Shown one piece after another: positions 28,132 to 38,586 of a stretch of DNA of 64,000 nucleotides. The notes beneath the pieces are model-generated. The model searched no databases and was not told where the DNA came from. It saw nothing but the letters and a program-made list of their open reading frames with translations. Position numbers and translations under genes: made by a program. Source of the stretch: an uncultured Planctomycetaceae bacterium (GTDB taxonomy: Bacteria > Planctomycetota > Planctomycetia > Planctomycetales > Planctomycetaceae). The DNA lies in NCBI GenBank assembly GCA_963813715.1, contig CAWFAK010000008.1, positions 96,001-160,000 of the forward strand. The letters are read 5' to 3'. Numbering within the stretch: the stretch's first letter is position 1; the number at the start of each line of letters is the position of its first letter.

Positions 28132-29322
28132 ATGACCGCAACTCTTGAATTGACTCCTGCCGGATCACGACCTGTCCGCGCGTCCCTTTTCCGACTTGCG
28201 CGCGGGCTCTGGTTGCCGTTGGCGCTGTGCGTGGTGATGAGCGGACGGGCCTGGGCCGTCGTGCCGATGGTCAAAGACGGCGGGGGGTTCTTCACTCCCG
28301 AAACGCTGACCAAGGCCAACCAAGAGATCGCCAACATCCAGAAGCAATACAAAAAAGATTTGCTGATCGAAACGTTTGCCACCGTCCCGACCGACAAGGT
28401 CGATGCGGTCAAGAAGATGACGCCGAAGGAGCGAACCCGCTTCTTTCAAGGCTGGGCTAACGAGCGGGCCAGGGCCGAGCGCGTCGAAGGCATCTACATT
28501 TTGATCTCGAAGGAACCGGGACACGTTCAGATCGAGGTTGGACATGAGACCGAGAAGCGGGCGTTCAAGGTGCCCGACGATGTGAAGCGCCTCCGCACGA
28601 TCCTACTCGAGAATTTCCAGAAGAAGGAATACGACACCGGCCTGCTCGAAGGGGTCGAATTCGTCCAGCAGAAACTGAGTGAAAATCTCGGCGTGGCCCG
28701 CGCGGCGGGCGAGGCGCCGGCACGAGCCAACGAACCCGTCGCCCACAAAGAGGGGCCAGCAGTTCAGGGAGTTTCAGGCATGAGCTTCTTGTTGATCATC
28801 GTCGTCCTGTTGATCGGGTTCTGGATCCTGCGGGCCATCTTCCGCGGCATCTTCCATATGTTGGGCGGCGGGGGACCACGCCAATATGGTCCAGGTCCCG
28901 GCGGCCCTGGCCCCGGCTACGGCGGACCCGGTTACGGCGGGGGCCCCGGGTATGGCGGGGGAGGCGGCGGCGGCTTCATGAGCGGCATGCTGGGTGGCCT
29001 GTTCGGCGCTGCGGCCGGCAACTGGCTCTATGACTCCTTCGGCCGCGGCGGCGGAGGCTTCGGCGGCGGGGGCTTCAGCGGGGGCGGCGGAGGCTTCAGC
29101 GGTGGCGGCGGCGGGTCGACGGCTTCAGATGCCGACCAGGACTACTCCGGCTCCGGCGGAGATTTCGGCGGTGACGGCGGCGGTGGCGGAGACGCCGGCG
29201 GCGGCGACTTCGGTGGTGACTCGGGAGGCGGTGACTTCGGCGGCGATTCTGGGGGCGGTGGGGGAGATTTCGGCGGCGGAGATTTTGGCGGCGGGGGCGA
29301 CTCGGGCGGCGGCGACTTTTAG
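28132..29322 (+). CDS. TPM-domain membrane protein with Gly-rich GGDF-repeat tail
   Basis: Paralogous TPM domain, one TM helix, GPGYGG repeats, GGLFGAAAGNWLYD, terminal GGDFGG repeats. Confidence 0.88.
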   Translation: MTATLELTPAGSRPVRASLFRLARGLWLPLALCVVMSGRAWAVVPMVKDGGGFFTPETLTKANQEIANIQKQYKKDLLIETFATVPTDKVDAVKKMTPKERTRFFQGWANERARAERVEGIYILISKEPGHVQIEVGHETEKRAFKVPDDVKRLRTILLENFQKKEYDTGLLEGVEFVQQKLSENLGVARAAGEAPARANEPVAHKEGPAVQGVSGMSFLLIIVVLLIGFWILRAIFRGIFHMLGGGGPRQYGPGPGGPGPGYGGPGYGGGPGYGGGGGGGFMSGMLGGLFGAAAGNWLYDSFGRGGGGFGGGGFSGGGGGFSGGGGGSTASDADQDYSGSGGDFGGDGGGGGDAGGGDFGGDSGGGDFGGDSGGGGGDFGGGDFGGGGDSGGGDF

Positions 29323-29368
29323 AGACAGTATCAAAACGTCAGTGGTTGACACGTCAGCATTCGAGGCG

Positions 29369-30570
29369 TCAGCGCCCGAGCGTTTGGTCCAGCCAATTGA
29401 ACGCCCGTTCGTTGAACAGGCTCCTCGCGCCGGCCTCGCAGTGTTCGCCCGCTCCTTCGCTGTCTAAGAATCGCAGGCGCGTCTTGGGGCACGTCAGTCG
29501 CTCGAAAAGCCGGTCGGCCGTTACGCCGATGTCGTCATTCTCGGCCGAGCAAACCAAGCGTGGGGCAGCGGATCCGGCCGACGCGCCCGTCGAGCGTGTA
29601 CTCGCGGGTGAGCTGCAAGTAGTCGAGCGGCGTGGCGACGGCGTGCGTCCACAGTCCGCGGCGCAGGCCCCAGCCGCCCGTCAAGTGACGCAGTCGGCGA
29701 CCGAGCACGAACGTCAGCAGCTTGAGGACGAAACGATTGTTCTCCGCCAGCCCACGGGCGACGAACGGCGGCACACGGCTGGCGAATTCCTCGTACAGTG
29801 AATATTCGCCGGGATCGCAGATGCAGGCGGCCAAGCGCGGTTCGCCGCTGGCGGCCCGCGGAGCCAGGTGTCCCCCGAAGCTGACGCCCAACAGGGCGAT
29901 TTTCTTCGTGTCGACCTCCGGTCGCGACTGCAGCCAATCGACGACCGGGCCCACGACGGCCTCCCAGTCGGGGCGAAAGGTGAGGCCATCTTCGATGATC
30001 GCCTTCCCCTGCCCCGGTCCGTCGTAGACCAGGCACGTGTAGCCGCGCTCGACGGCCGCGCGGCCGCTCATCAAATAGCTTTCTTCCGCCGTCCCGTCGT
30101 AGCCGGTGGTGATGATGAGGCACGGGCGGGGCGCTGGCGCGCCGCTCGGCCGGAAGAAGTAACCGTGCAGAGCATGCTTGCCGTCGGGAATGGCGATCCG
30201 CTCGCCGGGCGGATCCATCAGGCCGATCGCTGCTTCAAACGCGCTGCGATGCCGCCGCGCCGTCTCGACGACCCGCGGATCGACGGGCGTGCCGATCAAG
30301 AATGTGTACGACGCGCGGTAGTAGTTGCTCGCCCGCAGGTACGCGCCGAGCGCACTCTTCGCGACGACCCGCCGCGGCCGAGGCCTGCGCCTCACCGTAG
30401 AGGCGCTCGGCCAGCGTGTGCCAGGCGGCGAACCAGCTCTCGCTATCAAGCTCGCGAATCCGGCGGGCAGCGGCCAGACACTCGCCGACGTCGGCCCCAC
30501 CGTTACACGCATGCCCGGCCGTCCGCAGCCACTGGGCGTCGAACAGCGAGTCTTTGAAAACGATGGTCAT
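29369..30570 (-). CDS. Alpha/beta hydrolase (FrsA/dihydroxy-pseudooxynicotine hydrolase-like); frameshifts near 30365 and 29555
   Basis: GGADVGEC, YLRASNYY, GYDGTAEE, DGPGQG, GVSFGG and EGAGEHCEAG spread over three frames. Confidence 0.85.
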
Positions 30571-30611
30571 GGCCTGTGCCTGACGGCGGGTTCGGTAGGG
30601 CAAGCTGCCAG

Positions 30612-31963
30612 TGTTGAGACCGGACACATGGGTGACAAGTGTTCGGACACATGGGTAACAGGTTTGGCGGGGAAGGCAAAGGCTGCGTGAGCGTAGCGAA
30701 TGCAGGCTTTGCCTTCCTCGCGTCGGAAAATCACGTCCCCTCCGCGTTCCGGTCTCGCAGATCAATGCGGGCAATCTTCTGCCAGCAATAAAACACCTGC
30801 CAGACTCCCTCGGTCGTCGTCGGCCGAAGAGCGACGGCTTCGCCCGAGAACGCCTCGCTGATCTTGATCACTTGTCCTCGAAAACTCAGTTGCCCCACGG
30901 GATTCACCTTGCGGACTTCGTCTCCCTCGTCGTATTCGATCGGCGGAAGATGCTCCGGAAACTCACGTCGGCTGACCACGTAACGACTACCAGGCACTCT
31001 CAGCCCCAAGGCCTCGTGAGGACGCTCGTGGTTATACGTCTGACGCCAACGATCGAACTCCCGCTGCACCTCCCCAGAGTTCGCGAAGGCCCGGCCGCGC
31101 AACACTTCCGCCTGCAGCGTGCGGTGAAATCGCTCTTCCTTCCCTTGCGTCTCGGGGTGGTAAGGGCGGCCATGGATCACGCGAATGTTGTGTCGCAACA
31201 ACCAGACCGACAGCTTCGTGTAACCTCCGCGACGGTGGGTGACCGCCCAGGGCGTCCCGTTGTCCATCAACATCGACCAGGGAAGGCCGTAACGTCGAAA
31301 GACGCCCTGCAGACTCTCCCGAACGGTCTCGGATCGCTGGTTCAAACAGGCCCGCAGCCCCAAGGAGTAGCGCGAGTGATCGTCTGTGATCGTCAACGGG
31401 TGGCAGCGACGACCGTCGACCATGCGGAAATCGCCCTTGAAATCCATCTGCCACAGCTCGTTGGGCGCCTCCCGCTCGAACCGCTGCACGGGGGCACGCC
31501 GAAGTGACTCCTCCTGCTCGATGCGACCATGACGACGCAAAATCGCCGTGATCGTGCTGGCGGCCGGGACCGCTTGACGCCCCAGGGCCAACAGACGGGC
31601 TCGCAGCTTGCGACCTCCCCAAACCGGGTGCCGATCCCGCAGCTCCAGCACCTCCGCCTCAATGGCCGCGCTCGTCGGCTCGCGAAAATGCCGAGGACGA
31701 CGCGAACGATCCACGCACGGTTCGCCCAACCGAACTCGGCCTAACCACTTGTAACCCGTCTTCCGCGAAATCCCAAACCGCCTGCACAGCACAGCGACCT
31801 TCGAATCTGGCGACGACGCCAAACGGCAAAACTCTTCCCGCATCGACACAACGTCACACTCCTGCCACGGCATCCGTCTCCCTCCTGGAAAGGAAGACCT
31901 CAGCCTACAAAAAGTGTTACCTATGTGTCCGAACGACTGTTACCTATGTGTCCGGTCTATACA
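30612..31963 (-). mobile_element. IS481-family insertion sequence (1352 bp)
   Basis: TGT...ACA ends; 26-bp imperfect terminal inverted repeats (TGTTGAGACCGGACACATGGGTGACA / TGTATAGACCGGACACATAGGTAACA), each with a second internal copy; flanking direct repeat CTGCCAG (30605-30611, 31964-31970). Confidence 0.95.
30731..31873 (-). CDS. IS481-family transposase
   Basis: MPWQE..., CRRFGISRKTGYKW HTH, WQMDFKG, DDHSR, DNG, GKEERFHRT (DDE), YNHERPHEAL. Confidence 0.97.
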   Translation of the reverse strand: MPWQECDVVSMREEFCRLASSPDSKVAVLCRRFGISRKTGYKWLGRVRLGEPCVDRSRRPRHFREPTSAAIEAEVLELRDRHPVWGGRKLRARLLALGRQAVPAASTITAILRRHGRIEQEESLRRAPVQRFEREAPNELWQMDFKGDFRMVDGRRCHPLTITDDHSRYSLGLRACLNQRSETVRESLQGVFRRYGLPWSMLMDNGTPWAVTHRRGGYTKLSVWLLRHNIRVIHGRPYHPETQGKEERFHRTLQAEVLRGRAFANSGEVQREFDRWRQTYNHERPHEALGLRVPGSRYVVSRREFPEHLPPIEYDEGDEVRKVNPVGQLSFRGQVIKISEAFSGEAVALRPTTTEGVWQVFYCWQKIARIDLRDRNAEGT

Positions 31964-32192
31964 CTGCCAGCTTGCCGCGTGTCTGCGGTTTCATAGGGCT
32001 CTGGCATCGGAGACTGGGGATCGGCTGGCAGGTTGCCCTACGTCCGGACACCGACCAGCCACGCGGACTTGATCGGCCTTCCGCGCCAGCCGACGGGATT
32101 CGTTGGGATGGGACTGCTTCGCGTGCGCGCGCATAACGGCTGGCCCGCGCGCCGTAATGCACGGCGGGCTTACTCGGCTGTCCGTCAGACGG

Positions 32193-34695
32193 TTACTGGC
32201 TGACCGCCGAGTGCGTCGTCGCGTCGGCCGAGGGGGACCACTTCACCAGGAAGGCTTTGACCTTCGCCGGGTTGTGCTTGGGTCCTTCCTCGAGGACGTC
32301 GGTTGGCTGGTCGCGCAGCACCTTGCCTTCCACGTCGAGGACAACGAGGTACGGAAAACCCATTCGCTTTTCGTCCGGGGCGTACTTCTTCAGCAGGTCC
32401 TTATTCGTGTCTTCGTCGACCAGTACGAGGACAAACCCTTTCTTGAGCACCTCGGCCACGGCCGCCTCGTGCGTGAAGGTGTCGTGCAGCTTGTAGCACC
32501 AGCTGCACCAGTTGCCGCCAAACTTCAGCAGCACGTGTTTGTGCTCGCGTTGGGCGAGCTTGAGGGCAGCCGCGATGTCGGCCTTGGCATCGGCCTTTTC
32601 GTTGTAGATGGGCGGGCGTTTGGGTTTGTGAGAGGCGGCGGAAGCGGTCTCGGCCTTGGCGTCCTTTCAGGGAGAGCCCCACCAGCTTGCCGTCGTTGGT
32701 GGCCAGCACGATGAACTGCCGGCCGCCGGCGAGATAGCTCATGGGCGTGGAACTGGGAGGAGCGGGCAGCTCGACGGTAGCGACGATGTGGCCGTCGGCC
32801 TTGTCGAACGCGCGGAGCACGTTGGCCGCTTTCCCCGGGGCGGCGTGTCCGCCACGGCCGCCGAAACCTTGGGCGACGAAGAGCAGCGTTTTCGTCAAAA
32901 GCGGCCCGCCTCCCGGAGCGCCGAGCGGTCCGACGTCGTGGCCGACGACTTGACTGATGACGGCCCGCGGCCCGTCGCCGTGTGGCACCATCCAGGCGCG
33001 TTCGCCGGTGTTGAGGTTGATCGCCGTAATTCGCCCATACGGAGGCTTGAAGAGCGGGAGCCCGTGCGGACCGGCCAAATCGCCGCCGAAGACCTGGCCG
33101 CCGCGGACGTACTTGAAATCGGAGCGAGCCGAGTCGGGTTCGTTGAGCTTCACGACGATCGGGTAGGTGATCGAAGGGATGTAAAGCAGGTTGGTTTCGG
33201 GATCGAAGGCGGCTCCCCACCAGTTTCCGCCGCCGCCCCAGCCGGGCAGGTTGATCGATCCCTTCACGCTGGGAGGCGTGAAGAGCGGGCCATGCGCATA
33301 TTTGTCGAGAATCTTTTTGCCTTCGGCCCTGAGTTCGGGAGTGAAATCGATGAGGTTGTCTTCAGTGGCTCCTTGCCGCTCGAACGGAGCCGGACGCGTC
33401 GGCATCGGTTGCGTGGGCGAGGTGACTTCGCCGGCCACGTCGGATGGCGGCACGGGGCGTTCTTCGATCGGCCAGACCGGTTTGCCGTTGGCCCGATCGA
33501 AGACGAACACAAAGCCGGTCTTCGTGATCTGTGCAACGGCCTGGATCGTGCGGCCGTCGACATGAATGGTGCAGAGCACTGGCGCCGCCGGCAGGTCGTA
33601 GTCCCACAGGCCGTGATGAACCGTTTGAAAATGCCAGATGCGTTTGCCCGTCGTGCCGTCGACGCACACCAGGCTGTCGGCAAACAGGTTGTCGCCCAGG
33701 CGATGGCCGCCGTACCAGTCATTCGTCGGCGTGCTCAAGGGGAGATAAACGTAGCCGGTCTCCTCGTCGACCGTCATCAGCGTCCAGACGTTGGTGTTGC
33801 CCGTGTATTTCCACGAGTCGTTCTTCCAGGTGTCGACGCCGAATTCGTTCCCCTGCGGGACAGTGTGGAAAATCCAGGCGGGCTTGCCGGTGCGGACGTC
33901 GAAGGCCTGCACGTCGCCGCGGGGCATCTCTTTGAATTGCGGGCCGTCGTGAATCGACGAACCGACGATCACCACGTTGCGGCAGACGACCGGCGGAGAC
34001 GTGATCGTGTAGAGCTGAGGCACGACGGCGTGCGGGATGGCTTTGCTGAAATCGATCTTTCCGCCTTCGCCGAAATCCGCCGCCGGTTTGCCGGTCTTGG
34101 CATCGATGGCCCACAGATGGGCGTCGTGCGTCGCAATAAAGATTCGCTCGAGCGTGCCGTCGGTCCAGTAGGCCACGCCCCGATTGACGAAGCCCAGATT
34201 GCCCGGCCGCCCTGCCTCGTAGCTTTTCGGATCGAAGATCCATTTCTCTTTGCCGGTTTGCGCGTCGAGCGCCGCGACGTGACAGAGCGAACTGGTCGCG
34301 TAGAGCGTGCCGCCGACCATCAACGGCGTGTCCTCGTACGCGAACGAAGTCAGCATGCGATTGGTTTTGCGCATCTCGACGTAGGGGGATTCCCAGGTCC
34401 ACTCGACGGCAAGCTTGGCGGCGTTGTCGCGGTTGATCTGCGACAGCGGCGTGTACTTGGTGCTGCCCTGGTCGTGGGCGTAGTACCGCCATTCGCCGAC
34501 CGGCTGCGTGGCAGTCTCGTCGCCGGCGTGCGCGGACGGGATCGCTTGCCCGCACGCCAAAAGCAAAAAACCTGCCCCCGCGAGGAGCCCGAGCACGGCT
34601 GAACAGAAAGAGGACAAACGCCGCGCCGAGCGGACGGATCGCCGCGCTCGCAAATCGACCCGCAATCGCCCGCAACTCATGTCAGCGCCTCGCAT
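32193..34695 (-). CDS. PQQ-dependent (glucose-type) dehydrogenase, apparently fused to a C-terminal thioredoxin-like domain (frameshift near 32666)
   Basis: Signal/TM segment, [41 protein letters not shown]. Removing one base in CTGAAAGGAC joins it to [12 protein letters not shown]...FGGNWCSWC...GFPYLVVLD. Confidence 0.88.
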
Positions 34696-34743
34696 GCTGG
34701 GGACGGGAAGTTTCAGACTTTTGGAATTCTTCTCTCATAGCCA

Positions 34744-34782
34744 TTGACGCGCCAGCCGTAACGGTACAAATGTATACGTACC
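34744..34782 (+). promoter_or_regulatory. Promoter with overlapping palindrome (possible repressor site)
   Basis: TTGACG at 34744-34749; GGTAC-AAATGTATAC-GTACC at 34763-34782 covers the -10 region. Confidence 0.45.
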
Positions 34783-34814
34783 AGTGACGAGCCTGGACAG
34801 CCAGCGCGGTAAGC

Positions 34815-35054
34815 ATGGACAGCGAGCAACTGACCGCACGACAGGCCGAAAGCATGCGGAACGCACTGATCCCGCACGTTCGCTACCTCTACAAGATGCA
34901 AATCCGCATGGAGAAGACCGGCTTTCCGGCCACTGACGAACTGTTCCAAGCCACCCGACGCGCCTACGACGCGGTTCAGGAACTGTGCATGAAGCTGCAC
35001 TACCTCTCCTGCAAAAGCGGCGTCGGCTCGAAGACCCGCACGGGCGAGACGTAA
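34815..35054 (+). CDS. Small hypothetical protein (79 aa)
   Basis: Clean GC3-biased ORF with helical pattern and HYLSC motif, downstream of the promoter. Confidence 0.7.
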   Translation: MDSEQLTARQAESMRNALIPHVRYLYKMQIRMEKTGFPATDELFQATRRAYDAVQELCMKLHYLSCKSGVGSKTRTGET

Positions 35055-35067
35055 AGGAGACAACGAG

Positions 35068-35274
35068 ATGGACCATTCGACCGACGCCGCGCTTCGCGAC
35101 ACGCTGGGGTTGATTCTGCGCGAGTACTTGAAGGCGATGCCCCGGCGCGGCGGTTCCGGCGGCGAGCACGACACGGCGACGAAAACCGCCGGCGCGGTGG
35201 GTCGAGCGGAGCTGCGGGCGTTGGGCTCGATCGAAGCTTCGCCCATCCGCCGCCTAAGTCCGCCGCGGAGTTAG
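35068..35274 (+). CDS. Small hypothetical protein (68 aa)
   Basis: Strong RBS AAAGGAGA directly after the previous stop. Confidence 0.5.
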   Translation: MDHSTDAALRDTLGLILREYLKAMPRRGGSGGEHDTATKTAGAVGRAELRALGSIEASPIRRLSPPRS

Positions 35275-35479
35275 GCAGACGCCGCTTGCGCACTCCGCCG
35301 GTACGACACGCAGCCGCACAGCGTTCAGCCGAAAGGTGTTATTGCTGGGATCGTCTGAGGCAACGTTTGAAGTCGCTTGCCGGGCGGAATTCGACTTTTT
35401 CGCTCTGTGAGGGCGGTAGTTGTATAGTCAATGGCGAATCGCTGGTGCCTTTGGCGACAACCATGTGAAGGCAACGTAC

Positions 35480-37090
35480 ATGACAGTTCATGAATGGTAC
35501 TACAAGAGTCCCAAGGACGACGAGCTGGGACCGTTCACCGCGGCGGACCTGAAGAGGCTTGCTTCGATGGGTCACATCAACCGCAGCACCATGGTCCGAA
35601 AAGGGCTGATGGTCGATGGGTAGCAGCGGTGAATGTGAAAGGGCTGGGTGCAGGCGAACCTTCCGGAGCGACAACGGTGCCGACCGTTGCGCCCTGCTAC
35701 CGGTGTGCGCATGCGGTTGGGAGAGACCGAAGGAAAGTCGAAATGTCCATTGTCGACAGGGGTACGCGACGCGCGATCTGCCGCACTTGCGCAAGAAAGG
35801 CATTGTCGCCCATTGTGCTCGTCGGCGCTCAGTGACGTAACCTTAGCGATCGTTGGTTTGGTCGGACTCAGCCTTATGATGTTCATGAGGAATGATAAGC
35901 GCACGCAAGGGGCACTAGACGAGCTAGATGCTGCGCCGACGGGTGGCACGGAAGCCACCTCACGGCTGAATCCAGTTAGCCAGCAACGACTCACCGAAAG
36001 AAACAGTCCAGACCCGACATCCGCTTGGCATCGCCGAGGCCGTCGTCAAGGCATACCTCGGCGCGAAGGTTTGGGAAGAGCGACTGCAATTTGTTTCAAC
36101 CGCAGCAAGTGCGCCTCAGATGGAGCAATACTACTGGAACGCGCATTTTGCTTCGGCGATTTCTACCGGGGGCGATCCTTTCGGTAGAGGGGCCCGAAGA
36201 ACCGGTTGGGGCCAAATGCCTCGTTACGGTTGACGTTAGCACGTCGACACCCAATGTGCCGAGACTGCACTATCCGGTCGTCCGTACTGAGGAAGGTTTC
36301 AAAGTCGATTGGACGGAAAGCCAGGCCTTCCACCGGCAAAACGAAGAAGATGGAGTGCGAAAGCAGGATGGGACGACGGAAGTCGGGATGGAGGTGCTCA
36401 ATGGCTCGACGTACCGACGCGAGATGGAATTAGATTGACCAATAATTGTCGGGCGGTTCTGGATTACGTAGAAGTGACGATCGATATCTCAATTCAAAGG
36501 CAACTATATTGGCCACAGCTATACGAATGAGGCGAATGTGCGGCCGGGTGGCTCGTTTACGAAGGAACTGCATTTCTACAACGTGAAGGTTGGAGAGATT
36601 GGGTCATGGAAGTCATCCCTCAAAGTGACGGTCACGCTTGCCAACGGTGAGCTCCGAGAAGCCACGCCTCTGTTCAAATTGAACGAAACACTTTCAGGCT
36701 CTGATCCAAAGCAGCCCAAGCGAATCGAAGAACGACTCATCGGACATTGGCGTGATAATTCTGCCAACACTCCGTTTGAAAGCGCCGGGGAATACTTCTT
36801 TTCGTCAACGATCCCCGAGGCAATGCGAATCGACTCCGCAGGTGGCCGGCTGCGATTCTCAATCGACGTCCTAGAACGAAATTATGCCGCTGGAGTCATG
36901 AAAGTTCGCCTCCTTAGCCACGACTCGGGTTGCAATTCAATGTGGCTCCGATCGGCGAGAGTTCGGCGCAACGCTAAGCGGCATTTCACGCACTGTTCGC
37001 GACTCGCTGAGCAAAACGACGCAACCTGACAAATCGCAAGCGAATGGGAATTGGATCGATAAGACAGATCGACCATGAGCTCTCACCTTC
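35480..37090 (+). pseudogene. Degenerate GYF_2 (DUF4339) membrane protein with FxLYD-like domain; lower GC
   Basis: WYYK...ELGPFTAADLKRLA..G.I...T.VRKG/ADGRWV.A..V.GL, CxxC pairs, a TM segment, LTNNC..VLDYVEVTI...NVRPGGS; many frame breaks; end approximate. Confidence 0.55.
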
Positions 37091-37092
37091 AA

Positions 37093-38586
37093 TTAATAAG
37101 GCGAGCTGTCGCTCTTACGTCTGCTCTGTAATTCAGTGAGACGGTTCAGGTAAGCCCGTTCAGCTCGTGTTGGAAGATCCTCAGCGCGGGGCGTCCATCC
37201 GAAGAGTCGCTTTTGCTTGATCTCTTCGGCCACTGCGGGAGGGACCTGACTGAACCAGCCGGCGTCGCCCGCCTGGATCTGCCGCAGGACCTGGTCCGAA
37301 TCGATGCCGCGGCACGCCGGGTTCGCCCCCACGATCGGCACGATGTAGCGATTTTCGAGCAGGTGCTGATACAGATGTCGCACCCGCGAGGGAACCTGGA
37401 CGGTCTCGGCCGTGACCAGCTGTTGCGTGTCGTGGTCCCAGCGCGGATAGACGTACATGCGGACGTTGTCGGCAAACAAGCGACCCACCGCCTCGAGCGT
37501 GCCGCCGCGGAGGCCTTCGTAGTGTGTGTCGTCGAGAATGTCCAAGAGCGCCGGAACGCCGAGGGCGATGCCGACCTTCTTTTGCGTGTACCGCGAAAAA
37601 TCTTCGACCAGGCCGTAATAGGGCCCGTGATTGGAGATCAGCACGGTCTTTCCCAGGATGCCCAGGATGTCGACCCGATCGAGAAAGTCCTGCTTGTCGA
37701 CGCCTTGCTGCGGATGCAGGTCGCGTAGCGTCAGCTCCATTAGCTCGATCGGCTCTTCACCGACCAACTCGGGCTCGGCCCGGAATTGTTCGAGCCCTTT
37801 GTCGAGGAGATCCATCGACAACAAGTTGACGGGACGAAAACGGCCCCGCTCGACCAGGATCGGCCGCTGATAGAGCACTTCGGCCGGCTGCACGACCTCG
37901 CCTTGAGCGGTAAACAGCGCCGTGTCGGTGAAGGCCCGCTCGATCAGCTGCAGGCACATCAGCCGATTGTCGACGCCGGCAAACGCGGGGCCGCAGAACT
38001 TGACCATGTCGATCTCGACCCGCTCGCGGGTGAGATGATCGAAGAGCGAGGCCAAGAGGCCTTCCGGATCAGCGTGGCCATAGACGGCGCCGTGCAGCAA
38101 ATTGACGCCGACGAGGCCGATCGCCTCGCGTTCGCGCTGCCGATCCGAATCGTGCGTGGCGACATGGACGATGATATCCGACGGTTCGGCCCGCGGCGCC
38201 GTTTGAAAACGGACGCCCAGCCAGGCATGTCCGGCGGAGCGACGGGTGCGGCTGTGCGAGGCGGCCGTGTCGGCAAAGACAAAAAACGCCGTCTGGTCGC
38301 CGCGCAGCGGGCCGAGCCGCTCGAGGAGCAACTCGTATTCGTAGGCCAGCATGGACTCGAGCCGCTTGCGGCTGACGTAGCGTTCGCTGCGGCCGTAGAT
38401 GGCGTCGCTGACCACCATGTCGTACGCGGAGATGGTCTTGGCGACGGTTCCCGAGGCGCCGCCCACTTGAAAGAACCAGCGGGCCACTTCCTGTCCGGCG
38501 CCGATCTCGGCGAACGTCCCGTAGACCCGCGCATCCTGGTTCATCCGGAGCGCTTTTTCTTCCGGCGAGAGCAGCTGTCCATCCAT
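37093..38586 (-). CDS. Nucleotidyltransferase-like conserved protein (NMN adenylyltransferase-like family)
   Basis: YGTFAEIGAGQEVARWFF..GGASGTVAKTISAYDM..SDAIYG, ERGRFRPV, and a C-terminal VP..V...IK...LF motif. Confidence 0.75.
   Translation of the reverse strand: MDGQLLSPEEKALRMNQDARVYGTFAEIGAGQEVARWFFQVGGASGTVAKTISAYDMVVSDAIYGRSERYVSRKRLESMLAYEYELLLERLGPLRGDQTAFFVFADTAASHSRTRRSAGHAWLGVRFQTAPRAEPSDIIVHVATHDSDRQREREAIGLVGVNLLHGAVYGHADPEGLLASLFDHLTRERVEIDMVKFCGPAFAGVDNRLMCLQLIERAFTDTALFTAQGEVVQPAEVLYQRPILVERGRFRPVNLLSMDLLDKGLEQFRAEPELVGEEPIELMELTLRDLHPQQGVDKQDFLDRVDILGILGKTVLISNHGPYYGLVEDFSRYTQKKVGIALGVPALLDILDDTHYEGLRGGTLEAVGRLFADNVRMYVYPRWDHDTQQLVTAETVQVPSRVRHLYQHLLENRYIVPIVGANPACRGIDSDQVLRQIQAGDAGWFSQVPPAVAEEIKQKRLFGWTPRAEDLPTRAERAYLNRLTELQSRRKSDSSPY

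Larger units (their letters stand above)
30595..32041. repeat. GTAG-type REP pair interrupted by IS481
   Basis: The empty site rebuilds GTAGGGCAAGCTGCCAGCTTGCC; an inverted partner GGCTGGCAGGTTGCCCTAC lies at 32023-32041. Confidence 0.75.

Noticed and set aside
30620..30660. Short direct repeats CGGACACATGGGT.ACA, mirrored at 31914-31955, resembling a mini-CRISPR
   Set aside because: They are IS481 subterminal repeats; there are no spacers or cas genes.
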